DNA of 64,000 nt from the human T2T-CHM13v2.0 reference genome, Homo sapiens. The stretch lies in NCBI RefSeq assembly GCF_009914755.1, contig NC_060931.1, one strand, 5' to 3'. Below are positions 1-16,393 of the stretch, piece after piece. Position 1 is the first letter of the stretch, and every line of letters starts with the position of its first letter. The position numbers and the translations under genes were made by a program. The notes beneath the pieces are model-generated. The model worked only from the letters and a program-made list of their open reading frames with translations. It had not been told where the DNA came from and ran no database searches.

Positions 1-139
1 TAGCCCTGTGGCCCTTTCATATCCCTGGATGCACACTTGCTGCTGAGTTTCCTATGGGTCATGTTCACATTGATTTATGTGTAAACAGTTGTTGAAAATA
101 ATACAATATTTTATGAGGCTAAACAGAAGACAAGGGGCC

Positions 140-2115
<1,976 letters not shown>

Positions 2116-2279
2116 AAGACAAGGGACCCTTGTGGGGTGTGGGGAGGGAGCATCTGTGACCCACATATTCTGTGGCCAAAGGGGCCAAGTATCTGAAAAG
2201 GCAGCCTCAGGACCATTTAAAATAGGCTTGATGGAACCAGGTACCCCCAGGGCCTGGACAGGGGAGGCCGTGGGTCTCC

Positions 2280-3970
2280 AATACGCGCTTGCCAGTCCTT
2301 TAAGCTGATTGAACCACGGTTTGTGCCCAGCGCCCGGTGGCTACCCAATAAACGTTGGCCCGTGCTCCTCTCGCCAAACTCAGCCACCACATGGGTCGGG
2401 GCCGCGGTGTCTCAAGCCCTTCGTAGGCTTCCACCGTCAGGCGGCGCTCGGCCTAGAGGCCCAGCCTAGTCCCCCACGCCTGGATGTGGAAAGCGCCCTC
2501 CACCTTCTCCGGGGACCCCTCTGCCTCACCGGGAAACCGCTAGGGGTGCTGGGCAGAGGCAGTGTGTTCCCGCTCTGCCTCGCGGCTCTTCACGCGGCTG
2601 AAAGGGGTGGGGGTTGCAAAAAGCAAGGTCCGGGGCAAGGACGCCGTCTTGGTCAAGGCTTTCCACGCCGGGCTGGGGAGAAGAGCGCAGCCACGTGGGA
2701 GAGTTAACAAGGCCCCCCCCCACTGGGATGCCAGCCACCAGGAGTCTAATCCTGATGCTGTGTGGCCTGGGCACACGTTTTCCCCATTCTGGGCCTGTTT
2801 CCTCAGCTGAAAAATCGCATCCTAGACCCATTTGCTTAGGTCGATTCTGCATCAACAATTCCACGATTCGGTAGATAGGTGTATCCGGTAGGGTGACACC
2901 CAGTCAGACCCCCCAGCAGCCACAATCCTTTGCCTCTGAGCCAACATAACACGTTTGGAACACACGTTCTATTTGCGGTGCCAGCCGAGCTCTGAGGCCA
3001 CAGCTGGGTCCAGCGGGAGACAGGAGAGCACAGGGTTAACAGCTGGGCCGGGAGGCCGGGAGGGCGACGCCTGGGTTCTAGTGCCAGCGCCCTGTGACCG
3101 TGGGCAAATTACTCAATCCCTCCCTGCGCGGGGCATGGTACCGTGCTGGCCCCGCGGGGCTGGTGGTGGGAGGGGAATGAAACGATGCGCGCCAGGTCCG
3201 CGCGCGGGCCCGGCGGAGTCCTCTCTCCCCACGCAGGAGGACTGCCTGGGCGGGCGTGGGAGGGCTGGGAACCCCGGTACCATCCCGGCTGTCCGCCCAG
3301 TGTCTCCCAGAAAAGGGGAGTCGGAATCTCTCTCACAAGGAGTCGAGTCGGAGGAGACTCGAGTCCTCTGGAAACCGCTGAGCTGCTCGGGTGCCTTTTC
3401 TTTTTGTCCTGGAAGGAATCTATCAGTACAGGAAATGTCTTCACGATCCCCGCCCCCGACTCTTCACAGAGCCCACCCTGTGCCCCTTTCTGACCCGGTC
3501 CGGGAGGGCTGGGGCCTCTCCCCAGGTGCCATCTCCGGCCTGGGGAGCCACAAACTGCCGCGGTCGGTGTCCGCAGGCGCAGAGCTGCGCCCTGACTCGC
3601 CCGGCTGGGTCTGGATGATCCCACCCGCTCAGCAAATTTCCCTTTTTTATTGTTGGTTTTGTCTGTTGGCTTTTACCCCCTTTCCTTTTCCTGCTTCCCC
3701 TGAGTCAGCAATGCTGAGCCCAGCGAAGCACAGGGGGCCAAAGGGAGAGACACACGGAGCGCCCCGGGGTCCCCCAGCCTCGGCGGCCCCCGAACCCCCC
3801 AGCCAGCCTCGAGCTGCCCTTCTGGGCCTCTTTTCTGCCAAGACCACTGAATGCCCATCCCCGAGGGCCCAGTCGAAGGGGATTGGAGAGGGTCAGGGTG
3901 GGAGGCGGGGCGATGGACAGCGGCGCCAGTGGTCCCGTGAGCGCTCCTGCTGCCCGCAGGTCCGGTACCC
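2280..3970. promoter_or_regulatory. CpG island (no gene start visible in the window)
   Basis: GC- and CpG-rich non-repeat sequence in a CpG-depleted background; CCAAT 2346-2350, E-box CACGTG 2692-2697, GC box CCCCGCCCC 3448-3456. Confidence 0.85.
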
Positions 3971-4369
3971 TCAGCTAACTGTACCTGGATGACTTCGGCC
4001 CCTTTAACAAGCACTTTCCATTTAACTCATTTCATCATCTCAATTCTGTGGGTGGGTCCTGTTATTATCCCACACTGTTATTGTCAGCCACCAAGTCAAG
4101 CAATAACAATAACATAACAATGAAAGCCCAGCAAACCAGTAATTTTTCATCTGAGCATTAAGATTTGAAGAGAATATTTGGAAGGTTCCTGCCCACAAAA
4201 ATATCACCCTACACTCAGGTCTAAATATCTACCAGTGGTGATTTCTTCATTTGAATTAATTGCTGTTCTTTGCCAGGCTTGGGAAGACAAGTCTAGCTGT
4301 CTGGACTTTACATGCGTGTGCATGGGAGTGTGTGCTATGCAATAATACTTACACTAAAAATGCATCAGT

Positions 4370-4470
4370 TGTTTATCAGGGGCATATTTACACTAAAAAA
4401 CGATCCGTGGATAATCTGAAATTCAGATTTAACTGGGTGTCCTGTCTTTTTATTTGCTAAATATGGCAAT
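4370..4470 (-). mobile_element. MER53-like DNA transposon (MITE) half
   Basis: Reverse complement TTGCCATATTTAGCAAATAAAAAGACAGGACACCCAGTTAAATCTGAATTTCAGAT resembles the MER53 terminus. Confidence 0.6.
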
Positions 4471-5281
4471 GTTAGCCCTGTTGGCCCTGCACTAGGTCTC
4501 ATCCAACTTGGATCTAGATTGACCTAAGCAATGAAGTTGGATTCCTAGGACCTCACCTCCCTAGAAATTCCCTCTCCAGAACAACTACAGAGCACCTAGC
4601 TGTGGAGGAGCCCCAGGGGGCCCTCGTTTCTACCCCATTGTGCAGTGAAAAGAACTTGAGTCTAGAGACCTGTATTCTGCCCCGAGCTGAATACGCTCCC
4701 AGGGATCTCAGAAAATGCCAGATACGTGGAGCCTCCATTTCCTCATCTGTAACATAGGGATAATCACACCCAGCTCACGCTATTATAGTGAGAGTTAGAC
4801 TAGAGAAGGCAAATGCCCGAAGAGTGAATTAGGGACAAAACTGCAGATCTTCAACATTTCTGCTCCCTCACCTGCACTGACTGATTCAGGCTCCAGTAGG
4901 GCAGCATTTACACCTTAGTAGAAACACCCCCCAGTGAGCATTTGATAGAGTCTTGAATGACAATGGTCAAGATCCAAATGGGCCACAGACTGAGCCTTCT
5001 GGAAATAAAGCCCCCAGCTTTGCTTTCTGATCCGCTGCTGACTCAGAGAGCAGATGCCTCTCCCTCTACGGGAGGTATTGGCGTTGACTGCATCCTGCAA
5101 ACCTCCCGAGTCTTCTGCCTTGTGGGACTCAGGAAGTCCTCAGCCCAGACTCTAGGATCCCGTACTCTCCTCCTTGGGCCCCAGCATGTGTCTCTCTTGG
5201 AGCACACTTCCTCCTGGGACACCACCACGAGGCCCCAGCAGTGCCAGCATGGGTGGGAAAGACAGAAACTCTGCACTGTAA

Positions 5282-5585
5282 GGCCAGGCACGGTGGCTCA
5301 CACCTGTTATCCCAGCACTTTGGGAGGCCGAGGTGGATGGATCACTTGAGGTCAGGAGTTCGAGACCAGCCTGGCCAACATGATGAAACCCCATCTCTAC
5401 AAAAATACAAAAATTAGCCAGGTGTGGTGGCATGCACCTGTAATCCCAGCCACATGGGAGGCTGAGGCATGAAAATCGCTTGAACCCAGGAGGCGGAGGT
5501 TACAGTGAGCCGAGATCATACCACTGTACTCCAGCCTGGGTGATATAGTGAGACTGTGTCTCAAAAAAAAAAAAAAAGAAAGAAA
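5282..5585 (+). mobile_element. Alu (AluS-like)
   Basis: Dimeric Alu; TSD core agaaactctgca. Confidence 0.92.
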
Positions 5586-6079
5586 GAAACTCTGCAACTC
5601 TGCACTATAGTGAACCTCCCTGGTACTGCAGAAGCACAGGTGGAGTCAGGGTGCTCTTACTGAAAACCCCAAAGCTACAGCCTGTCTCCACTGACTCTTT
5701 CCTGAGACACATATTGGACACTTCCTTCTCCTCCAGCACTGGGGATGGGAAGACAAGAACAAAAGCAGCCTGGGCGACCTTCAGGAGCTCAGAAGGCCTT
5801 TCAAGGGCTTCAGTCTCTTAAGCTTTGCCTCTCCTAAACAAAAACTCCACAGGGCTATGGGCTGGCAGCTTCCCACTCTCCACTGCCCCCCACTATTCCA
5901 GATTCTCTGAGATACAGGGTCTTGTCCAAAGCCCTTCCCTACATTCCCCTATGATCCCATCCTGATGTCAGAGAGGAAAAAGACAGGGAAAGGATGAGAG
6001 GCTACACAGTGAGGCTTCGAGGTGCCTGTGCTGGATTCCCAGTGGACTCTGCCCAAGCTCCAGCAGATCTTGGTTTACT

Positions 6080-8450
6080 TTTTTATGCAGCACATTAGTT
6101 GGCCTTTCATGTGCCAGGCCTGGGTGAGGCCCTAGGGTACAGGAGTGAACAGAACGTAGGGAGTTTACAGTCCAGTAGGAGAGCAGCTTAGATCAATAGC
6201 AACCGTAGAATGTGATGAGGGCTATTCTGGGAGAAGTGAGCCTGCTATGGCATAAAGCAGGGGTCCCAGCCAAGCCTGAGGGTCAGGGATCTGGGTCAGA
6301 AAAGTGCCCCCCAAAGAAGGGATAATCAGACCTGAGGGCTGAGCAGGAGTTCTCCAGGTAGAGGGATGGAGGGGGCTTGCTGGGGATAGACGAACAGTGT
6401 TTTTAAAGTTCCCAGGCAAGAGAGAGGCCCTGGAACCTTGAAAACAGTATGTTCAGTGGAAGAAGCCAGAAACAAAGGGCCACATGCTATGTGATTCCAT
6501 CTGTAGACAGTGTTCAGGATGAGTAAATCCATAGAGACAGAAAGTGGGTTGGTATTTGCCAGGGTTGGGAGAGGGAATGGGCAATAACTGCTAATAGGCA
6601 GAAGTTCTTTTTGGGGTGATAAAAATGCTGTGGAATGAGACAGCAGTGACTGTTGCACAATCTTGTGAATATATCAAGACCCATTGAATTTTGTACTTTA
6701 AAATGGTGAATTGTATGGTATATGAATTATATCTCAATTTTTTAAAAAGAGAGGCCCTGAGTTCCACTGAGCAACTGAATGAAGCGCAGCTCCCTTGGCA
6801 TGAAAGGGGGAGTTGGGCCAGGCCAGATCACACAAGGTCCACTTCAAATGGACTTTGTGCTGAGGGCTGGGGGAACCAGTAGAAGGCTCTAAGCTAAGAG
6901 GTGACATGGTCAGATTTGCACTTTAGGAAGGTCACTGTGGCTGAAGTGTGGAGAATGCACTGGGTGGGGGATAGATAGACCAGTTAGGAGGCTGCTGCCC
7001 CAGTCCAGATGAGGGATCCTGGTGACCAGAACCAGTGGTAGCAGGGAAGGAGAAAAGAAGGCTTCAAGGGAGAGGCAGGAGCAGAATGGACAGCTTTGGT
7101 GATTGCTGGGTGCAGGGGTAGGGTGAGAAGAGTGGCTGAGGCAAATGGGACTGGGGACCACTGATTGTGGGAGGAGTGGGGAAGAGGGGCTGAGCTCCAT
7201 GGGCTTGGGCCAGGTAGAGTTTGAGGCACCTGCAAGAGCCCCAAGGGGACTTGAGGAGGAGGTGTTCTGCTCCGGGGGTGGCACTGAGGAGACAGCCTAG
7301 ATAGGCAGGGAGATCTGGGGGCGAGGCACCAGCAGGCAGGATCACCCTGCCCTGGGAGAGTGTGGGGGAGAGAGGGCCGAGGGCCAGGAAGAGCCCTGGG
7401 GAATCCCAAAATGTGAGGAACAAGGAGAGAGGAAGCAGAAACCAGGAACCAATCAGAAGAGAGGGCTACATGGGGGCCCAGAGAGGCAATGTCTTGAGAA
7501 TATGGCAGTGCCAGCTATGCAGAACGTCAATGGAGATCACACAGGTGGGATTCGGGGACAGTTCAGTTGCTTGGAGAACCTGAGGAGGACAGCTTCAGCA
7601 CTGTGGTTGGACTAAAAGGAGACCAAAGTATATTGAGGAGGGAGAGTGGGGGAGGAAGTGGAAACTGGTTCTTGGAACAAGTTACTGAATGGGAGATGTG
7701 ATGAGGGAGTGGGAAGGAGAGCTTGAGGGGGAGGCAGGGCAGACCTGGAGCATGGGCCTGGGAAGCACATCTGTTTGAATTCTGAGAGCCTGGGCCTGGC
7801 CATCATGGTGGCTTATGCCTGTAATCCTAGCACTTTGGGAGGCCAAGGAGGGAGGATCACTTGAGGCCAGGAGTTTGAGACCAGCCTGGGCATACTGAGA
7901 CCCTGTCTCTATCAAAAATTTAAAAAAGAAAAAAATTAGCCAGGTATGGTGGCAAACACCTGTGGTCCTAGCTACTCAAAAGGCTGAGGCAGGAGGATCG
8001 CTTGAGCTGGGGAAGTTGAGGCTTCAGTGAACTATGATCACCCCACTGCACTCCAGCCTGGGTGACAGAGCAAGATCCTGTCTCAAAATAATAAAAAAAA
8101 TAAAAAGAAAATAAAAAGAATTCTGAGAGCCTGGAGAGCAGGAGGGATAAACATTGGGCTGAGGTGTCTAAGGAAGTGGGGGGGCAGGGGTTCAGAATTC
8201 AGAGCACCAGGTGCTCTGGCCTCAGAAGGGAGGAGGGTTGGGGTCTTTTCTTCCAGCAGGAGGGTGAAGGCAAGCACAGACCTGAGGTGGTGGGCGTGCA
8301 GGTTTGTAGACTTGGAGATGAGGAAAGGGAATTGTCATGTGGGTACTATTTTGCCACAGAAGCAGGACACAAAGTCAAATGCTGAGGTTGTGGGGAAAAC
8401 TGGAGGGGCTGACCAAACTTATGTCAGAACCTGCTGAGAGAGCCGTGAAC
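6080..8450 (-). mobile_element. Degenerate L2 (antisense) with inserted L1M fragment (~6440-6750) and Alu
   Basis: Purine-rich L2-like motifs such as GGAGGCTGCTGCCCCAGTCCAGATGAG and CAGATTTGCACTTTAGGAAGGTCAC. Confidence 0.6.
7797..8117 (+). mobile_element. Alu (AluJ-like)
   Basis: TSD gaattctgagagcctgg on both sides. Confidence 0.9.
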
Positions 8451-8476
8451 TGGTTGTTAAACATAGCTATTTTTAA

Positions 8477-9031
<555 letters not shown>

Positions 9032-9257
9032 TGAGAAGATGAGAAAACAAGCTACAGACTGGGAGAAAATATATGCAAACTACATATCTGACAAAGGACA
9101 GTATCTAGACTATATAAAGAACTCTCCAAACGCAAGAGTGAAAAAACAATATAATTTTAAAAATAAGCAAAAGACATGAACAGACTTTTCACTGAAGAGG
9201 ATATGCAGATAGCAAATAGCATGCACATGAAAAGATGTTTAACATCGTTAGACATTA

Positions 9258-9780
<523 letters not shown>

Positions 9781-11309
9781 GGTTATGGAAAACTGGATCA
9801 CTTATCATGTATTGCTGCTGAGGATGCAAAATGGAACAGCCATTCTGGAAAACAGTATGGCTGTTTCTTACAAAGTTAAACATGTGCGAACCATATGACC
9901 CAGCAACTGTACACCTAGACATTTATCTGAGAGAATGAAAACATAATGTTCACACAAAAGCTTGCATATGAATATTCACAGCAGTTTTATTTGTAATAGC
10001 CAAAAACTGGAAACAACCCCAATGTCTTTCAATGGGTGAATGGTTAAATAAACTGTGGTACATCCATACCATGGAATATTAATCAACAAGAAAAAGAAAT
10101 GAACTACTGATACATGCACCAGCTTGGATGAATCTCCAGGGCATGTTGCTGAGTGAAAAAAAGCCAGTTCCTCAAACATTACATACTGTTTGATTTCACT
10201 TATATAACATTCTTGACATGACACAATTATAGAGGTGGAGGACAGATAAGTGGTTGCCAGGTGTTAGGAATGGAAGGAGGTAAGAAGGCAGGTGCAGCTT
10301 TGAAAGGGTGACAGGAGGGATCCCTGTGGTGATGGCAATGTTCGGCATCTTGACTGTATCAACATCAATGTCCTAGTTGCAACATTGTATTAGAGTTGCA
10401 TAAAATGTTACCATTGGGAGAAACTGGGTAGAGGTACAAAGGATCTATTATTTCTTACAACTCTATATAAATCTATAATTATCTCAGAATTAAAAGTTTA
10501 ACTAAAACTACATTCAAAAGAGGTTTCATACTGTATGTTTCCATTGATATAGCATTCTTGAAATGACAAAATTATAGAGATGAACAGATTAGTTTCCCAG
10601 GGTTTAGACGGTAGGTGGAGGGAAGTGGCTATAGCTATAAAAATGTAGTGGGGGCTCCTTGTGATGGAGCTATTCTGTATCTTGACTGTGGTGGTCCCCA
10701 TGAATCCTCACATGTAATAAGGCTGCATAGAATTAAATACACAGAGACGTACACAAATGAATACATGTCACACTGTCACACTGATGATGAAATCTGAGTA
10801 AGGCCAATGGATTGTATCAGCATCAATTTCCGGGTTGTCATATGGCACCACAAGATGTTATCACTGGACGAAAGGTGTAAGAGATATCTCTGCGTCATTT
10901 CTTACAATGGCATGTACACATACAATTATCACAAAAATCAGATAAAATTACAATAAATAAATTATATTTTTAAATGTTTAAAATATATTAAACATATATA
11001 TTAAAATAAATTTAAAATATTGAAAGATGTCTGGGTTGTTTCCAGTTTTTGGCTATTACAAATAAAGCTGCTATGAACATTCATATGCAGGCTTTGAATG
11101 AACATTAAGTTTTCATTCTCTGGAATAAATGTCTGAGAGTGCAATTGCTGGGTCATTTGGTAAGCAAACTAAAAACTCATCACTTCCTAATTATTTTATT
11201 ACATTTCCCTCCTATCTGTGTCCTTGGGATTATTTATATCTATTGTATCTATCTAGTGGCTGACTGATGTCATGTTGGTATTTTTTTGTTGTTGTCATTG
11301 GTTCTGTTT

Positions 11310-12729
11310 TTGTGATGGATTACACTTATTGACCTGCATATGTTGAACCAGCCTTGCCTCCCAGGGACAAAGCCAACTTCATCGTGGTGTATAAGCTTTT
11401 TGATGTGCTGCTGGATTCAGTTTGCCAGTGTTTTATTGAGGATTTTCACATTGATGTTCTTCAGGGATATTGGCCTCAAGTTTTCTTTTTTTTGCTGTGT
11501 CTCTGCCAGGTTTTAGTATCAGGATGATGCTGGCCTCATAAAATGAGTTAGGGAGGTGTCCCTCCTTTTCAATTGTTTGGAATAGTTTCAGAAGTATTGG
11601 GGGAACCCGCCCCCAATATTTCAACGTAGGTTCTTTCTATTTTCCCTAAGTGTTGGCTGGTCTGAGAAATAAAGAGTACAAAGAGAGGAATTTTACAGCT
11701 GGGCTGCTGGGGGTGACATCACATAGCGGTAGGACCGTGATGCCAACCTGAGCTGCAAAACCAGCAAGTTTTTATCAGGGATTTCAAAAGGGGAGGGGGT
11801 GTACAAACAGGGAGTAGGTCACATGCTTTAAGGGGTAAAAAGCAGAGCAAAGATCACATGCTTCTGAGGAAACACAGCAAGGACAAAATCAGAACTCCCG
11901 ATAAGGGTCTACGTTCAGCAGTGCACATATAGTCTTGATAAACATCTTAACAGAAAACAGGGTTCAAGAGCAGAGAACCAGTCTGAACTCAAATTTACCA
12001 GGGTTGGGGTTTCCCAATCCTAGTAAGCCTGATGGTACTGCAGGAGACCAGGGCCTTATCTCAACCACTTAAGACAGACACTCCCAGAGCCTTATTTCAG
12101 GCTTTATCTCAACCACTTAAGACAGACACTCCCAGAGTGGCCATTTATAGACCTCCCCCAAGGGATGCAATTATTTTCCTAAGGTCTTAATATTAATATT
12201 TCTTGCTAGGAAAAGAATTTAGCGATATCTCTCCTACTTGCACACCCATTTATAGGCTCTCTGCAAGAAGAAAAATATGGCTCTTTTTGCCTGACCCTAC
12301 AGGCAGTCAGACCTTATGGTTGTCTTCCCTTGTTCCCTAAAATCACTGTTATTCTGTTCTTTTTCAAGGTGCACTGATTTCATATTGTTCAAACACACAT
12401 GTTTTACAATCAATTTGTACAGTAAACACAATCATCACAGTGATCCTGAGGTGACGTACATCCTCAATTTACGAAGATAACAGGATTAAGAGATTAAAAT
12501 AAAGACAGGAGTAAGAAATTATGAAAGTATTATTTGGAAACTGATAAATGTCCATGAAATCTTCACAATTTATGTCCTCTGCCAAGGCTCCAGCCAGTCC
12601 CTCCATTCGGGGTCCCTGAATTCCTGCAACACAGAAGGAATGGTACCAGTTCCTTTTTGTACCTCTGGTAGAATTTGGCTGTGAATCGTCTGGTCCTGGG
12701 CTTTTTTTGGTTGATAGGCTATTAATTAC
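11310..12729 (-). mobile_element. L1PA ORF2 fragment, interrupted by the MER11
   Basis: [26 protein letters not shown] in track ORF 11433..11624; L1 sequence resumes across the TSD. Confidence 0.85.
11595..12631 (-). mobile_element. MER11 (HERV-K HML-8) solo LTR
   Basis: Reverse complement of the same termini; perfect 6-bp TSD CAGAAG (11589-11594 / 12632-12637). Confidence 0.9.
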
Positions 12730-13022
12730 TTTTTTTTTTTAAAGATAGGGTCTCACTCTGTTGCCCAGTCTCGGGTATAGTGGCACAGTCTCAGCTCACT
12801 GAAACCTCCACCTCCCAGTTCCAGTGATCCTCCCATCTCAGCCTCCCGAGTAGCTGGGATTACAGGCATGTGCCACCACACCCAGCTAATTTTTGTATTT
12901 TTAGTAGAGACAGAGTTTTACCATGTTGGTCAGGATAATCTTGAACTCCTGGCCTCAAGTGATCCACCCACCTTGGCCTCCCAAAGTGCTGGGACTACAG
13001 GTGTGAGCCACTGAGTCTGGCC
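12730..13022 (-). mobile_element. Alu
   Basis: Antisense dimeric Alu with poly-T. Confidence 0.88.
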
Positions 13023-14689
13023 TCATATTCAGATTCTTGTGAGAATACTTATACCACAAGAATGGGCAAACACTACAAATCAGGGCTTTCCCCACCTCCT
13101 CTAGAGCCTGTTGTTAAGCATCTGCCAGCACACCACTGGGTTGGCCTGCTTGTCAGAGTCTGAGGATGTGGAGTGTGGTCTTTGAGGAGGATGGGAGCAA
13201 GAGCTGAACTAGGAGCAGCAGGGTTGCCGGATGCTGCTGCAGGCCCAGCTGAGGGAGGAGACCACAGTTGGACAGGGCCAGGCCTGCTGGCATTAGCAAA
13301 CGCCATTGGCTGCATTTGTTGAGGACTGGAGTTTTGCCAGGTGCCTGTAAGGGAAGAACAATGGGGAGAGGGAGTTTAGAATGGAAAGAGTTAGTGTTTG
13401 GTGCTGGAGCATGGATTTGAGATGGAAAGGGAGAGATGTGGAGAAACAGAGATTGAGGGATGGGCATGGAGGTGTCCATGGGCTGAAAGTCCCAAAGAGC
13501 CAGAGGAACAGTGTGTCACAGGTGACTGAGCTAATCTGCTAGAGTGGAGGCTGCAGTCAGGTGCATGGCTGAATGTGCTGTTTCCTGGCAGGTGGGTGGC
13601 CCCTCCAGGTGCACAGCATGGCCGCTGGCATGGGCTGAGGCAGATGGAGGAAAGGGCCCTGAGGATGAGGAGTGAAGGAGGTGAGCGGTCAGGAGCTGGA
13701 TGGGATGTGTCCAGGGAGGCTGATGAATCCTGGGGTTGTGGCAGGACTTGGAGCAGAGAAGGACAAATAGAGAGGGAGAGGGAAGAATAGAGAAGGGAGA
13801 GAGGGAGGGAAGAGGAGGGGAGGGAGAGAAGAACCCAAGGGAAGAGAAAGAAAAACATTCATTTTGGGCAGAGGCAGGAAAGGGAAACTAATGTGTCAGG
13901 TTTGAGGCTGTTTGGGGGCATCATTTTGTGATAGTAAATGTCTCTATTTTAATCAATAAGGCTAAAGGACTTGATTGAGAATCTAAACCACCCCAGGGAC
14001 CAGGCTAAATGTCTCCATTTGCAATTCTTAAATTGTCATAAGAGTCTGAAATGATCAGACTCTTCAGAGGTGTCCCAGATCACAGGACAAAGGGTACCCA
14101 AGAAAATGAAGAGTGGCTGGGACAGTTCACAGGGCCCAACCCGGATGGCCGCCACACACAGCTCCTGGCCTGAGACTAATCTGAGAGAGGAGGCTTCAGA
14201 GGAAAAGGTTTGAGACCAGAAGGCAGGGGGTGGGACCAGATCTCAACTAGAAAAGTCTGATCCCTCCAAGGACCCAAATGGGGACCCAAGAAATTCTCTC
14301 AGTCAGCCCAGAGAGTGAAAGAATGATGAAGGTTCTTTCAAGTTGCAGAAATCATGTTTTTCTTACTCAAATGTGGATTTGCTATACCCAGCCCAGTGTC
14401 TCATATAGAGCAGGTGCTCAATAAGTATTTGTATAATTAAGCAAAATTGATTTTAAAGAAATAAGAAGAGGGTGTGTGCATGTTTCAACCTATCGGTTGG
14501 AGACCTGATATGTTCCCCTTCCAGACAGATTTTAAATTTAAGGGGCATCTGTTCTCAGGATCTCCTGGAGCTGTGTCATGGAAAAAAAAAAAAAGAAAGA
14601 AAAGTTTAAAATGGAGAAGAAAGAAGGTATCAGTACAGTTAACTCTCTAATAGAGGACTCCCAGCTCTCAGTTGATGGTTTTCTTCTTC

Positions 14690-15006
14690 TTCTTCTTTTT
14701 GTTTTTTAGTTTTGTTTTTTGTTTGAGGGGTGGGGCTTGAGACAGAGAGCCATGACTTTTGAGCAGTCATGATCACAGCTCACTGCAGCCTCCACCTCCC
14801 AGGCTCACACAAGCATCCCACCTCAGCCTCCTGAGTAGCTGGGCCTACAGGCATGCACCACCACACTGGCTAATTTTTAAAATTTTTTGTAGAGATGGGG
14901 TCTTACTATGTTGCCCAGGGTGGTCTCAAACTCCTGGCTCAAGCGATCCTCCTGACTTGGCCTCCCAAAGTGCTGGGATTACAGGTGTAAGCCACTGCAC
15001 CTGGCC
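14690..15006 (-). mobile_element. Alu (AluJ-like, diverged)
   Basis: Antisense Alu. Confidence 0.8.
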
Positions 15007-15800
15007 CAGTGGATAGCATTCTATTCTCTTCGTGGAGAATAGGTGGGAAGAGCCTTCCTTTGCTTCTTAAATGACCCCGACCCTGCTGTGCAGCAAGCGC
15101 AGCTGGCCACACATGTAGCCCTCACTCAGCTACTGCAACAGCTCTGAGTGCTGGGCACCGTGCTGAGCACTTTCCAAGTAGCTGGACTTGCTTTAGCCTT
15201 ACACAGCACTCAGAGAGGAGGTTATTACCATTTCGTGTATAAATCAGCACCTTCAGGTCAGAGAGGATGCAGGGTGACACCACTGGCCAGGGTGGGCCTG
15301 AGCCACCAGCCTTCTTTCAGTCCTCAGAGCCTGGGCCCACCACCCATCATTGCCTGCCACAAATGATGGACCGTAGTCACAGCAGTCGCCCTCTTCTCCT
15401 CACCTGCTTGGAGCTGGTGCCCACCGATCCCTTTGGGCAAGCACCTGCCCTCTCTGGTCACAAAGCCAAATCACTCTCTTGTCCTGTAGGTAAAGGCACG
15501 GCATGAAAAACCCCAAAAATTCCACTTTGAAAAGAACTTCATTTTGCAGCAAAGGGAGGGGTGGAGGGAGGAGAGAAGTATAGAAAATGATTCAGAAACA
15601 GCTGAACTTTGAAAAACAGAAGAAAAATCTCTCGGGCGCTGCAGAGAAGTGCAGTTTTAAATGAAGACTTGCCAAGGGACTGAAAAATTGCTTATGAGCA
15701 GAGGACATCGGCTCAGGGAGCAGCTGAACTGACAGGAAAGACAGAACTGCTGGGACGACAGTTTGTCCAGCAGCAGCAAAGGAAACTTGAGCACACTCTT

Positions 15801-16020
15801 AGTCACTGGATTTCAGGAGGCCACTGAATTCTACAACCACTAAATAGCATGACTGCGAAATACGATCGATTCCAAATATGATAGCCACTGAGTCCTATGG
15901 GGCTAATACCTGAAACTAAATACTAGAGTAACTAAATATTACAGATATGAAATACTATGTGTCCTAAATACTACAGCCACTTAATTCTACAGCCACGAAT
16001 ACTGTAGCAACTGAACCTAC
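15801..16020. repeat. Degenerate ~16-bp tandem repeat (consensus ~AGCCACTAAATACTAC)
   Basis: Units such as gccactgaattctac, agtaactaaatattac, agccacttaattctac, agccacgaatactgt, agcaactgaacctac. Confidence 0.7.
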
Positions 16021-16107
16021 ATCTCAGATGTAAAATACTGGTTGTTATGACTCCAGTACAGTGGGCTGAAGGAAAATCAGTAACTTTGTTAAAAGAATAA
16101 CAGCCTT

Positions 16108-16393
<286 letters not shown>

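Noticed and set aside
2955-3992. 345-aa plus-strand ORF and overlapping ORFs in the CpG island
   Set aside because: TTG start, Gly/Pro/Arg/Ser-rich, several frames open at once; expected from stop-codon depletion in GC-rich DNA; no recognisable domain.
13391-13858. 155-aa ATG ORF with hydrophobic Leu/Ser N-terminus
   Set aside because: The N-terminus is the translation of a GA-rich low-complexity tract within degenerate repeat-like sequence; no splice or homology support.
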